From positions 32,001 to 96,000 of the forward strand of contig CAXXFF010000004.1 in NCBI GenBank assembly GCA_963676835.2: a stretch of DNA of 64,000 bases. Direction: 5' to 3'. Below the pieces are notes generated by a model. The model saw only the letters and a list, made by a program, of their open reading frames with translations. It did not search any database and was not told where the DNA came from. The DNA is from Marispirochaeta sp. (lineage in GTDB: Bacteria > Spirochaetota > Spirochaetia > JC444 > Marispirochaetaceae). Numbering within the stretch: position 1 is the first letter of the stretch; each line of letters opens with the position of its first letter. Below are positions 38,906 through 48,529 of this stretch, in pieces. The translations under genes were made by a program, and so were the position numbers.

Positions 38906-39426
38906 TCTGATGTACCTCCGGAGCTCAACAAGCTGTTCTTTTCATCGGAGTCAGCTTTTAATTCACTAATTACATTCTCTATCGTAAAAATTAAAATAAA
39001 AAAGAATCCAACAGGAATAGCTGCATAAATAAAACCCATTGGAATACTCAATGCACTGGAAAGCTGTTTCATTGTCTTGAAAACAATCTGAATACCAAAG
39101 TGAATTATCAACAGTGAAAGAATAATTGTAAGAGTACTAATAGTTAGCTTTAAAACTTTGAACATTGCAGCAGATCGCTGTAGCAGATAATGTGAAAATA
39201 TTTCTATCCCAAGATGGGCCTTACGACGATAGGCAATAGCGGATCCAATAAAAGCTGACCAGATCATTAAGTGTCTTGCAGCTTCTTCAGTCCAGGAAAG
39301 TGGCTTGTTTATCACAAATCGGAAGACTACCTGTGCAGCGATAAATATACACATGCCCCCCAAGGTAATCATTAGTATGAAGGTGCAGATTTTTTCAATT
39401 GCATCAAATAAAGGTTTGAGGTTCAT
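38902..39426 (-). CDS. dctQ: TRAP transporter small permease
   Basis: QVVFRF, WTEEAAR, 4 TM helices. Confidence 0.92.
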   Translation of the reverse strand: MNLKPLFDAIEKICTFILMITLGGMCIFIAAQVVFRFVINKPLSWTEEAARHLMIWSAFIGSAIAYRRKAHLGIEIFSHYLLQRSAAMFKVLKLTISTLTIILSLLIIHFGIQIVFKTMKQLSSALSIPMGFIYAAIPVGFFFILIFTIENVISELKADSDEKNSLLSSGGTSE

Positions 39427-39493
39427 TTTTTCTCCCAAAATAGTTGAATGCTGAGAGAGTAGAAACATCTACCCTCTCAGTATGTCTCGGGAC

Positions 39494-40495
39494 TTAAAGT
39501 CCTTCCCCAGCCTTCACGATGTCCATATAAAGTTCTTCAAATCCTTCTACATCAAGAAACTTTTTATAAACATCTTTAGTCTTTTCACGCCAAGATGTAG
39601 TGTCAATTTCAGTTACAGTTGCATTGGGCCGAACTTTATTGAGATATTCCTGCTCGGAATCTACAACAATTTTATCATTGAAAGCTGCTGCTTTACTGGC
39701 TGCTTCATTAATCCATGCTTTCTGTTCCGAACTATAAGACTGATAGGCATCTTCACTTATGGTTAAAAACATAAATCCATAGAGGTGATTTGTTACAGCC
39801 AAATAAGGAGCGACTTCATAAAATTTGGACCCATAAATAAGTCCAATTGGATTCTCCTGTCCATCAATTGTTTTTGTCTGTAGAGCAGTAAAAACTTCCG
39901 GGAAAGCTAAAGGGGTTGGGTTCGCACCAAGAGCCTTCCAGAGTTCAACACGTGCCGGCATTTCTGGTACACGAATCTTAAGACCTTTGAGATCTTCAAT
40001 AGAATTCACAGGAACTGAAGTAGTAAGCAACCTGGGTGTACGCTGAAAAACAGCAACAATTCGTACTCCTACTTTATCAATGAGCCTTTTATTTATTTTT
40101 TCTAAAATAGGACCATCGCTAAATACCTTACGGACATGGTCCTGGTTCTTAAAAAGCAAGTCATACTCTACGATCATCATTGCCTTATCAAAGTTCTGAA
40201 GAATACCACTTACAACAGACATCTGAAGTGAACCAAGCTGCTGACCTTCGACAATGTCTCTTTCACCACCAGCCTGTCCCGCTGCAAGCACTTCACAACT
40301 CATTTTCCCACCGCTCACCTCTTTAAGATATTCACCAAATTGACGGGCGGCTTTTGTTTCAGGCACATCCTCGGCAGCGGTCAAACCGAGACGCATCATA
40401 ACTGAATCTTCGGAACCACTGTTCTCTTGTGAACCATTAGAAAAAGCGGACACACAAAAGAAAATAACCATAATTAATACAAATAGTTTCTTCAT
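39494..40495 (-). CDS. dctP: TRAP transporter solute-binding protein
   Basis: Signal peptide, DLKGLKIRVP, ALGANPTP, ALQTKTIDGQENP. Confidence 0.94.
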   Translation of the reverse strand: MKKLFVLIMVIFFCVSAFSNGSQENSGSEDSVMMRLGLTAAEDVPETKAARQFGEYLKEVSGGKMSCEVLAAGQAGGERDIVEGQQLGSLQMSVVSGILQNFDKAMMIVEYDLLFKNQDHVRKVFSDGPILEKINKRLIDKVGVRIVAVFQRTPRLLTTSVPVNSIEDLKGLKIRVPEMPARVELWKALGANPTPLAFPEVFTALQTKTIDGQENPIGLIYGSKFYEVAPYLAVTNHLYGFMFLTISEDAYQSYSSEQKAWINEAASKAAAFNDKIVVDSEQEYLNKVRPNATVTEIDTTSWREKTKDVYKKFLDVEGFEELYMDIVKAGEGL

Positions 40496-40563
40496 AATAC
40501 TCTCCTTATTTTTCTTAGAAAAAACATACTTTTTTAAAAATATTCTGCTTCCTCCTTTTCGAT

Positions 40564-41616
40564 TTATTTGAAAGAAAAATCATTAAAAATAATTTTTCCT
40601 GCATTTTCTTTTACATTAAATGCATCCGCAAACTGAGTAATTGGAAATTCATGAGTTATAACATGAGAAATATCCAGTCTTTCATTTTCCATTAAACGCA
40701 CAACCTGCCACCAGTTCCGCCAAATTTTTCTTCCGAAAATGCCAAACCACTTTATACCCTTAAGCGTTATGCTATTGGTTATATCAAGCTCAACCTTTTC
40801 TCCTACATGCCCAACAGAGACAAGTATTCCTTCGAGACGGATGAGGGAGTGTATATATTTGTAAATTGGGGCCGCTCCTGTAAGCTCAAGTGCAACATCA
40901 ACTCCCCTTGCATCTTTACAAATCTCCATTACCGCTTCCTTAGGATCATCCTTAAAAGGATTTATAGTTATTGCTCCAAGTCTTCTGGCTTGCTCCAGCC
41001 TGAACTGATTGACATCAATAGCAATTACCTTGCCTGCTCCGTTAAGAAAGGCGATCTGCATAGCCATAAGCCCGATAGGGCCGCAACCGCAAACCAGGAC
41101 ATTATCACCGGTATTGATTTTTGCTACATCCACCCCATGCATAGCGACTCCCGCCGGCTCCAGCAAGCAAGCAGTTCTATAAGGAACAGCATCAGGGACC
41201 TTAAATGTCACAATTTCAGGCGCTTTTATTAATTCAGCAAATGCACCAGGGTAATCGACTCCATAAATGCTCATATTCAGACAATTGTGGAGGTCACCGT
41301 TATCACAGTTGTAGCAGCGCATACAGGGGATATGAGTCTCCAGAGCAACCTTATCACCAATGGTTAATCGTTTAACCTTTTTTCCAACTTCCATTACTTC
41401 ACCGGAAACCTCATGACCAAAAAGAAATGGGAATTGAACATTAAAAGCTTTTGCAAATCCGGCTCCGGATGCATCCCAATTGTAAATATGAGTATCAGTC
41501 CCACATATGGCTGCGAAATACGGTTTTATTAAAACTTCATCATCACCGATAACAGGTTCTGGAATATCAAGAATTTCCGCACCAAAATCTTCTTTTGTTT
41601 TTAGTAAAGCTTTCAC
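40564..41616 (-). CDS. Zn-dependent MDR dehydrogenase, L-threonine 3-dehydrogenase-like
   Basis: ICGTD.HIY.WD, GHE, ETHIPCMRCYNC...C, GCGPIG, GIFGR. Confidence 0.88.
   Translation of the reverse strand: MKALLKTKEDFGAEILDIPEPVIGDDEVLIKPYFAAICGTDTHIYNWDASGAGFAKAFNVQFPFLFGHEVSGEVMEVGKKVKRLTIGDKVALETHIPCMRCYNCDNGDLHNCLNMSIYGVDYPGAFAELIKAPEIVTFKVPDAVPYRTACLLEPAGVAMHGVDVAKINTGDNVLVCGCGPIGLMAMQIAFLNGAGKVIAIDVNQFRLEQARRLGAITINPFKDDPKEAVMEICKDARGVDVALELTGAAPIYKYIHSLIRLEGILVSVGHVGEKVELDITNSITLKGIKWFGIFGRKIWRNWWQVVRLMENERLDISHVITHEFPITQFADAFNVKENAGKIIFNDFSFK
41362..41378. promoter_or_regulatory. Intragenic copy of the LacI-type operator
   Basis: GGTTAATCGTTTAACCT, identical to 42654-42670. Confidence 0.7.
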
Positions 41617-41640
41617 GTTGCACTCCTTATCCTAATGGTT

Positions 41641-42645
41641 CTATAGTTCCTTTACAGACTTTCCTTTGATCAGTCTTGCGGGTAATTCAATAAACACTTT
41701 TTCTTCATCTTTATTTTCAATTCTCTTAATAAGGATTTCAGCTGCCATTTTTCCCATTTTCCTAATATTTTGAGCAATTTCATCTACAGGATCTTTCAGT
41801 AAGTAGGACCATCCCAAAATATCAAAGCCAATAAAAGAAATATCCTCAGGGATTGCATAACTATTCTCAATGATGGCTCGGTATATTCCTTTTGAAATGG
41901 TACTTCCTCCCCCAATGACCACTGTCGGCTTAGATGGATTTTCCATGGCCGTATGAAAAAGCTTGTAACCTATTTCAAATCCCCGCCCACTACGACTGAG
42001 AATTAAATCTTCATTAGCTTTAAGCAGACCATTCTCAGATAAAGCTTTTTTAAATCCTGCTATTCGTGCACTGTAAGTACTGATGCTTTTCTTTCCAGTA
42101 ATGAGGCAGATACGCTTATGGCCCTTATTAATTAAATCTAATGTTGCAGAATAGACCGCACTAAAGTTATCAGTTACGACAACATCAGAATCTATAATCT
42201 TGGTATATCGGTTTACTTGCACAATCGGAATATTGTACTCATTAAGTTGCTTTTTCAGTGAATTAACAGAACTTGTCGGCGATATAATTATTCCAGCTGC
42301 TTTAAAACTACTAGAAAGATTTAGATATTCTGTTAACTTATCTGCCTCTTCATTTGTACTCCCAATGATTGCCAGATAACCTGCCTTTCGCAACACTTCC
42401 TCAGCACCATTGGCAAGTGTCGAAAAGAAAAGGTCCATAATATCATTAATAATTATAAGAACAATTTTTGAAGTGCCAGTAACCAAAGATCGGGCTTGCT
42501 GATTAGGCTGGTAATTCATATCCTTTGCAGCTTTCAATACCCGCTTTACTGTTTCGGGGTTCATCTTTTTCGTACCATTCAGCACGTAGGATACAGTAGC
42601 TGTTGAGACACCTAACCTTTTAGCGATATCTTTGATCTTTGCCAT
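41641..42645 (-). CDS. LacI-family transcriptional regulator
   Basis: IKDIAKRLGVSTATVSYVLNG, YQPNQQARSL, PEDISFIGFD. Confidence 0.95.
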   Translation of the reverse strand: MAKIKDIAKRLGVSTATVSYVLNGTKKMNPETVKRVLKAAKDMNYQPNQQARSLVTGTSKIVLIIINDIMDLFFSTLANGAEEVLRKAGYLAIIGSTNEEADKLTEYLNLSSSFKAAGIIISPTSSVNSLKKQLNEYNIPIVQVNRYTKIIDSDVVVTDNFSAVYSATLDLINKGHKRICLITGKKSISTYSARIAGFKKALSENGLLKANEDLILSRSGRGFEIGYKLFHTAMENPSKPTVVIGGGSTISKGIYRAIIENSYAIPEDISFIGFDILGWSYLLKDPVDEIAQNIRKMGKMAAEILIKRIENKDEEKVFIELPARLIKGKSVKEL

Positions 42646-42652
42646 AATTTAT

Positions 42653-42670
42653 AGGTTAATCGTTTAACCT
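42653..42670. promoter_or_regulatory. LacI-type operator palindrome
   Basis: AGGTTAA-TCGT-TTAACCT with central CG, just upstream of the lacI start. Confidence 0.8.
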
Positions 42671-42772
42671 ACTTTAGAGTATATCCGTTTTATCATCCTG
42701 TCAACAAATTTGTTTTGCGCAATAGAAAGATATCCTTCATTATTATTTTTCTCCATGCTACACTCCCTTATC

Positions 42773-44209
42773 ATGGCAAGCATCTTCTGGTATGACCTCG
42801 AAACCTTTGGAAAAAACCCCTTCCACGACCGTATAGCACAGTTTGCCGGACTCAGGACGGATGACAATTTTGAACCCGTCGGCGATCCCATAGTACTGTA
42901 CTGCCGCCTGAGTCCTGACTACCTGCCCGATCCCGGGGCCTGCATGGTTACGGGCATAACCCCTATGAATCTGCCTGCCGATTCACTTCCGGAAAATGAA
43001 TTTATACGAAGAATCCTTCAGGAGTTCTCCCGTCCCGCAACCTGCGTGAGCGGGTACAATTCTATCCGTTTCGATGATGAGTTTATTCGCAACAGTCTCT
43101 ACCGAAACTTTTACGACCCCTACGAACGGGAATACCGGGACGGCAACAGCCGCTGGGATATCCTGGATCTGCTGCGGACAGCACGGGATCTGCGTCCCGA
43201 AGGCATTACCTGGGCCAACCACGAAGACGGACGTCCCGACTTTACCCTGGAAACACTGGCTGCGGCCAACGGCATAGATCATAAACACGCTCACGATGCC
43301 CTGAGTGATGTGTATGCAACCATCGGCATGGCGAAACTGGTATTTGAAAAGCAGCCCCGGCTGTTCCGCTATCTGTTCAAGCTGCGCAGCAAAAAAGAGG
43401 TATGGAAACAGATCGACCTCTACAAACAGACCCCCTTCCTGCATACATCGGGAATGTTCACCTCGAAACAAGGCTGTACCAGCCTGGTCATGCCTCTAAC
43501 GGTAGATCCCAACAACGGTAACTGCGTGCTCGCTTTTGATCTCCGTCAGGACCCGACTCCCCTTATAGAACTTTCAGTTGAGGAGATTCGCCGCAGGGTT
43601 TTTACCCCGGCATCACAGATGACCGACGAACGGATAAACCTGAAGGCAGTCCATGTAAACCGGGCTCCTTCCATCTCACCCGCCAAAACAGTGGATGATC
43701 CGGCTGCGTTAAAACTGGGTATAAACATGGAAGAATGCCGAAGCCATTACCGTATCTTAAGGAAAAACCCGGAAACAGGGCAGAAAATACGTCAGGTGTT
43801 TAACCAGGAACGCAGTGAACAACAGAAAGATCCGGACATGCAGATATATTCAGGGGGATTTTTCAAGGATGCCGACCGGGAAGGGTTTGAGATCATCCGC
43901 AGTGCATCGAGCACGGAACTGCAGTCAATCTCCCGTAAATGGGAGGATCCCCGTATTCCGGAAATGCTCTGGCGCTATACTGCCCGCAATTACCCCGAAA
44001 GCCTGCCTGAATCTGAAAAGAAAAAGTGGAAAAGCTTCTGTGCTTCACGCATCCTTGTCCCGGCTGCAGATGACGCCATGAGGCTGTCTGAATACCGGAA
44101 AAAACTTGAGTCCTACAAAGAGGACAAGAATATGCCTCCCCGGAAAAAGCTTATCGTACGGGACATGGAGGAGTATGCAGACAAACTGGAGAAGGAGATT
44201 CTAAGCTGA
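42773..44209 (+). CDS. sbcB: Exodeoxyribonuclease I
   Basis: YDLETFG, RIAQFAG, GYNSIRFDDE, NSRWD, AHDALSDV. Confidence 0.95.
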   Translation: MASIFWYDLETFGKNPFHDRIAQFAGLRTDDNFEPVGDPIVLYCRLSPDYLPDPGACMVTGITPMNLPADSLPENEFIRRILQEFSRPATCVSGYNSIRFDDEFIRNSLYRNFYDPYEREYRDGNSRWDILDLLRTARDLRPEGITWANHEDGRPDFTLETLAAANGIDHKHAHDALSDVYATIGMAKLVFEKQPRLFRYLFKLRSKKEVWKQIDLYKQTPFLHTSGMFTSKQGCTSLVMPLTVDPNNGNCVLAFDLRQDPTPLIELSVEEIRRRVFTPASQMTDERINLKAVHVNRAPSISPAKTVDDPAALKLGINMEECRSHYRILRKNPETGQKIRQVFNQERSEQQKDPDMQIYSGGFFKDADREGFEIIRSASSTELQSISRKWEDPRIPEMLWRYTARNYPESLPESEKKKWKSFCASRILVPAADDAMRLSEYRKKLESYKEDKNMPPRKKLIVRDMEEYADKLEKEILS

Positions 44210-44908
44210 TCCGTTTTCAGCGGAGCCCATCCGGTGAAAATGTACATGAAGCTTCGTTCCGTTATCTGTAAGGCGAATTACTTCTGCTGTAATGGAGTAG
44301 GTATGCTCTCCATAGGCAAACTCCAGCTTAAGATCATTGCCCTCACTGAACATCTTGTCAGGATTATCCAGGGACGCACCGGTAGAGCTTAAATCAAAAA
44401 TTCTTGCCTGCTTCCCTTCCCTACCTGCTCCCGTACCGGAAACAGCAGCGGAAAGATCGACCCGTTTACGGGGCGTACTCCGGCGCATAAAGGTTATTCC
44501 TTTCAGCTCTTCCGACACCGGCGCAAGCCCTGCTTTGAGCAAAATAGTCCGGGCAAGTTCCTCTCCTGTACCGCCGTTTTTCAGATAGTGCCTGAGACAG
44601 GAATCAAAGAGATGATTGTTAACAAGTAGAATGTATTTCTGTTCCGGATGCTCAAGATAGGCTGCCATCTTTTCCAGCAATCGAGCCTCATCCTTGCTTA
44701 TCTCATATTTTTGTAAAAAGCTCTGCCATTTCTGCTCCCAGGCAGTCTTAATGCTCTCCTGCTCCCTCTTTATCCGCCGGCGATTAGCAAGTACAAGCCA
44801 GGCAACAAACAGTACCGGTAGAACCAGAAATATTCCTGTCTCCAGGGAATTAGTCCCCAGGGATCTTGAGAATATCTGATGCCAGATTCTGCGGATAAAC
44901 TCTGCCAT
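44201..44908 (-). CDS. Membrane-anchored PilZ-domain protein
   Basis: One TM helix; RSTPR (RxxxR) and DLSSTG (DxSxxG). Confidence 0.8.
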   Translation of the reverse strand: MAEFIRRIWHQIFSRSLGTNSLETGIFLVLPVLFVAWLVLANRRRIKREQESIKTAWEQKWQSFLQKYEISKDEARLLEKMAAYLEHPEQKYILLVNNHLFDSCLRHYLKNGGTGEELARTILLKAGLAPVSEELKGITFMRRSTPRKRVDLSAAVSGTGAGREGKQARIFDLSSTGASLDNPDKMFSEGNDLKLEFAYGEHTYSITAEVIRLTDNGTKLHVHFHRMGSAENGSA

Positions 44909-45048
44909 ACATAAAAGATACGCCTTTATGACGGTACAGTAAAATCCATAAGGCTGCTGCTCCCTCAATGCCGGGCTCTGCTGTAAGAATATTTGCAAAA
45001 TCCTCAGGCAGTGGTATATTGAAAGACAAGAATAAAACAGGAGCAAAC

Positions 45049-45831
45049 ATGAAAAAGATATCATATCTGGCAATCGCCGCAGTACTGCTGACTTTAACCC
45101 TCCCCCTCAGCGCAGCACCCCTCAAGGGAATGTCCCTCAACGGATCCACCGGACTGGTTAGTATACCCACAGGACGAATCGGCTGGGAAAGATCAGCGGA
45201 TATCGGTTTCGATGTGGGATACCACGCTATTATTGATGATGAAACCGTCAGCATACCCAAGGTAAGCCTGAGCCTTTTTCAAATACTTGAAATGGGAATT
45301 GCCTACGACACTCAGCCCGGAGACGACAACGAGGACCTCATCGCCCATGCAAAGATTCAGCTGCCCATCAAGGGAGCTTCTGCAGTTGCAGTGGGTGCAA
45401 ATCATCAGATGCTGCAGTCTGCAGGTGTTGATACCCCATCACACACCCAGATTTATCTTGCAGCCACCTACCCCGGGGAGTTCTTCGGCATGCCTGCAGA
45501 AACAACCGCAGTAGTAGGAAAAACCTTTGTAGAAGATACAAGTACAGACGATATTGATTTCGGCATGGGGTTTGATCTTAACCTTTTTCCCAAGATATTC
45601 TCCGGATATATTCACTGGATTAATGACTTCTCAAACTTTTCCTACTCCGGCGATGCATATGGCGCGGTCGCTGCTTCCAGGGGAGTTTTCAATTCCGGTA
45701 TTCGTATTGATCTTGCCAGCATACCGGCATTTTCAAAATACAAGTTTGCAATAGACGCGATTGTAACGGATGCCATGGATGCGAATAGAGCCTTCAGTCT
45801 TGGAGTAGCTTTCGGCGCACCCATCAAATAA
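45049..45831 (+). CDS. Putative outer-membrane protein (YjbH-like N-terminus)
   Basis: Signal peptide, SLNGSTGLVSIPT, beta-strand-rich sequence. Confidence 0.55.
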   Translation: MKKISYLAIAAVLLTLTLPLSAAPLKGMSLNGSTGLVSIPTGRIGWERSADIGFDVGYHAIIDDETVSIPKVSLSLFQILEMGIAYDTQPGDDNEDLIAHAKIQLPIKGASAVAVGANHQMLQSAGVDTPSHTQIYLAATYPGEFFGMPAETTAVVGKTFVEDTSTDDIDFGMGFDLNLFPKIFSGYIHWINDFSNFSYSGDAYGAVAASRGVFNSGIRIDLASIPAFSKYKFAIDAIVTDAMDANRAFSLGVAFGAPIK

Positions 45832-45865
45832 CATTTCCCCTACTTTTTATTGTCCCCGACATTTC

Positions 45866-45893
45866 AGCGGCCGTTTTTCGGCCGCTTTTTTTT
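45866..45893 (+). terminator. Intrinsic terminator
   Basis: AGCGGCCG-TTTTT-CGGCCGCT plus T-run. Confidence 0.85.
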
Positions 45894-46252
45894 GTCTGTC
45901 CATTTCCCCCTCCACCTTCCGTTTTTCACCCTTTTACAGCCTTCAGAAAGATTAAAGGGAGTACCTACATCATACAACAGCGGCAAAGAGACTATTTTTG
46001 TAGTATTCTAAACTTTTTTATGCCATATATCATTTGTCTACGAAAATCTGACAAAAGTTAAACATATAGCCTTTCTATAGAAAATCTTTTCCCCGCAATG
46101 CAATACGTTACTATTTCATTACACAGTAGTTAGTTACAATCGTATTGCATGAGGGAAAACAGTTTATGGGACAAACAAGCCTTGACTCAAGCTCAATCTT
46201 TATTTAGTTTACTAAATATATACACATTACAAATTTTTTTGAGGAGTACACA

Positions 46253-47215
46253 ATGCGTAAAACTTTACGTTTGCTTACCATTGCACTGGTAATGCTTAGT
46301 TTCACATTTGCAGTCAGTGCAAACGGACAGAATGAAGGCGGTTCTGTAAAACTTGTTTTTGGTGATGTTTCATGGGACAGTGTTCAGGTACACAACCGGA
46401 TCGCGGCTTTCATTATTGAAAATGGACTTGAAGGCAGCTATGAGATTGATTATGTGCCCGGAGACACCCTTCCCATTATCAGCGGTGTTATTCAGGGAGA
46501 TATTGATATCGACATGGAATCCTGGCACTCAAACTTCCGGGATGCTTACGAAAAAGGTATTGCCACCGGAGATATGATCGACCTTGGTCCCAACTATCCT
46601 GACGGACCCCAGGGCTGGTGGATTCCCCGCTACCTGGTTGAAGGTTCAGATGCCGAGGCTCCCGGTCTTAAGAGTGTTGCGGATCTGCCCAAATATGCAC
46701 ACCTGTTTAAAGACCCCGAAGATCCCGACATGGGAGCTATCTACGGGGGTGTAGCCGGCTGGTCTCAGATGGAAATTTCCGAGCAGATCTTCAATGACGC
46801 TGACCTCAGTGACACCTACAACCTCGTAATTGCAGGTTCCGGTGCAGCTCTTGCGGGTACCATGGTTGGTGCATACGAGAAAAAGGAACCATGGATCGGT
46901 TACTACTGGGCCCCCACTGCGGTTCTTGGAAAGCTTGATATGATCCGCCTTAAAGGCAGTGAGTATGAGAAAGCGGACGTGAACATCCTGGTTAACAAAC
47001 GGGTGGTTGAAGAGGCTCCCGAAGTTGCGGAGTTCCTGAAAAACTACAATACCACCGTAGACCAGAACAACGAGTTCCTGGCCAAAATGTCTGCTGAAGA
47101 CTGGGACACCCAGGAAACAGCAGTCTGGTTCCTGAAAAACCGCGAAGACGTATGGACCGAATGGGTCGATGCGGCTGTTGCAGACAAGGTGAAAGAAGCT
47201 CTTGCTTCAATGTAA
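46253..47215 (+). CDS. proX: Glycine betaine/proline ABC transporter substrate-binding protein
   Basis: SWDS, DIDMESW, QGWWIP, YYWAP; operon context. Confidence 0.85.
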   Translation: MRKTLRLLTIALVMLSFTFAVSANGQNEGGSVKLVFGDVSWDSVQVHNRIAAFIIENGLEGSYEIDYVPGDTLPIISGVIQGDIDIDMESWHSNFRDAYEKGIATGDMIDLGPNYPDGPQGWWIPRYLVEGSDAEAPGLKSVADLPKYAHLFKDPEDPDMGAIYGGVAGWSQMEISEQIFNDADLSDTYNLVIAGSGAALAGTMVGAYEKKEPWIGYYWAPTAVLGKLDMIRLKGSEYEKADVNILVNKRVVEEAPEVAEFLKNYNTTVDQNNEFLAKMSAEDWDTQETAVWFLKNREDVWTEWVDAAVADKVKEALASM

Positions 47216-47254
47216 GACGGTGACCGTCATACATTCCAATAAGGACACACTATA

Positions 47255-48529
47255 ATGTCTCAAGAATCTAATACGGGGAGCCAGCAGGCTCCCCATTCTT
47301 TGTCAGCTGATACAAAAAGCGACACTATTATCGAGGTAAAGAATCTCTGGAAGGTTTTCGGCCGGGACCCGAAACGAGTGCTCAGCAAGAAACTGAGAGG
47401 TTTGACCAAGGAAGAAATTCAGAAGAAAACCGGCTGTGTTGTCGGTATGCGGGATATCTCCCTGAATATCAAACGGGGAGAGTTTTACATTCTCATGGGA
47501 CTTTCCGGAAGTGGCAAGTCGACTCTTATCCGCAGCCTTATCCGCCTGAATGATCCCACTTCGGGAGCTATTATTGTAAACGGAACGGATATTGCAAAAC
47601 TGGGAGGCGAAGATCTTCTGGAATTCCGCAAGAAAACCTATGGAATGGTTTTCCAGCACTACGGGCTGTTCCCTCATATGACCGTTCTGGACAACGCGGC
47701 CTACGGGCTCAAGGTAAAGGGTATGCCCAAGGGAGAACGCTACGCTAAGGCCATGACCACCCTGGAAACGGTAGGTCTCAAAGGCTGGGAAGATTACTAT
47801 CCCGGTGCCTTAAGCGGCGGTATGCAGCAGCGGGTAGGCCTGGCCCGGGCTCTGGCCAACGAGCCGGACATTCTGCTTATGGATGAGCCCTTTTCCGGTC
47901 TTGATCCCCTTATCCGGCGCCAAATGCAGGACGAACTGGTTGAACTGCAGGATAAACTGAAGAAGACAATCATTTTTGTTACCCACGACCTGCATGAAGC
48001 ACTGAAGTTAGGTGACCGGATAGCCATTATGCGTAACGGTGAGCTGGTACAGATCGGCAGTCCCGAAGAGATTGTCACCGAACCTGCAGATGAATACGTG
48101 CAGGAGTTTGTCCGTGATGCATCTCCCGCCAAGGTTCTTACCGCAGGCAGCATCATGGAAAAACCTAGTGTTCTTCTGTATGACTGGGAAGGCCCAAACA
48201 CAGCGATTCATATGCTGCAGTCAAACAAGCGTAACGCAGCATTTGTGGTGGATAAAAAGCATACCCTTCTTGGGGTGGCTACACAGGATAAGCTTAAACC
48301 ATATGCCGATATGAAAGACAAGGATGCCAAGATTCCCAAGGAATCTTTTCGTATGGTTCCGACAGTAACGGAAGACACAATCCTGGAAGATCTTTTCAGT
48401 ATAGTTACCGCCAACCCCTACCCCATTCCAGTTACCGATGAAAACGGCAAACTTCTGGGGATAGTAAAGACCGATACCATCTTTGAAACTATCAGCATAA
48501 ATCATGACGAGGGGGACAGCAATGCTTGA
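47255..48529 (+). CDS. proV: Glycine betaine/proline ABC transporter ATP-binding protein with CBS domains
   Basis: MGLSGSGKST, LSGGMQQRVGLARA, MDEPFSGLDPLIR. Confidence 0.93.
   Translation: MSQESNTGSQQAPHSLSADTKSDTIIEVKNLWKVFGRDPKRVLSKKLRGLTKEEIQKKTGCVVGMRDISLNIKRGEFYILMGLSGSGKSTLIRSLIRLNDPTSGAIIVNGTDIAKLGGEDLLEFRKKTYGMVFQHYGLFPHMTVLDNAAYGLKVKGMPKGERYAKAMTTLETVGLKGWEDYYPGALSGGMQQRVGLARALANEPDILLMDEPFSGLDPLIRRQMQDELVELQDKLKKTIIFVTHDLHEALKLGDRIAIMRNGELVQIGSPEEIVTEPADEYVQEFVRDASPAKVLTAGSIMEKPSVLLYDWEGPNTAIHMLQSNKRNAAFVVDKKHTLLGVATQDKLKPYADMKDKDAKIPKESFRMVPTVTEDTILEDLFSIVTANPYPIPVTDENGKLLGIVKTDTIFETISINHDEGDSNA

Larger units (their letters stand above)
35655..42725. other. AT-rich, probably horizontally acquired catabolic island
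   Basis: Abrupt visible shift to AT-rich coding sequence between the glnK terminator and the sbcB promoter; no mobility gene. Confidence 0.65.

Noticed and set aside
40564..41616. Gene symbol tdh
   Set aside because: Tdh-like, but there is no kbl and the TRAP/transketolase context points to another substrate
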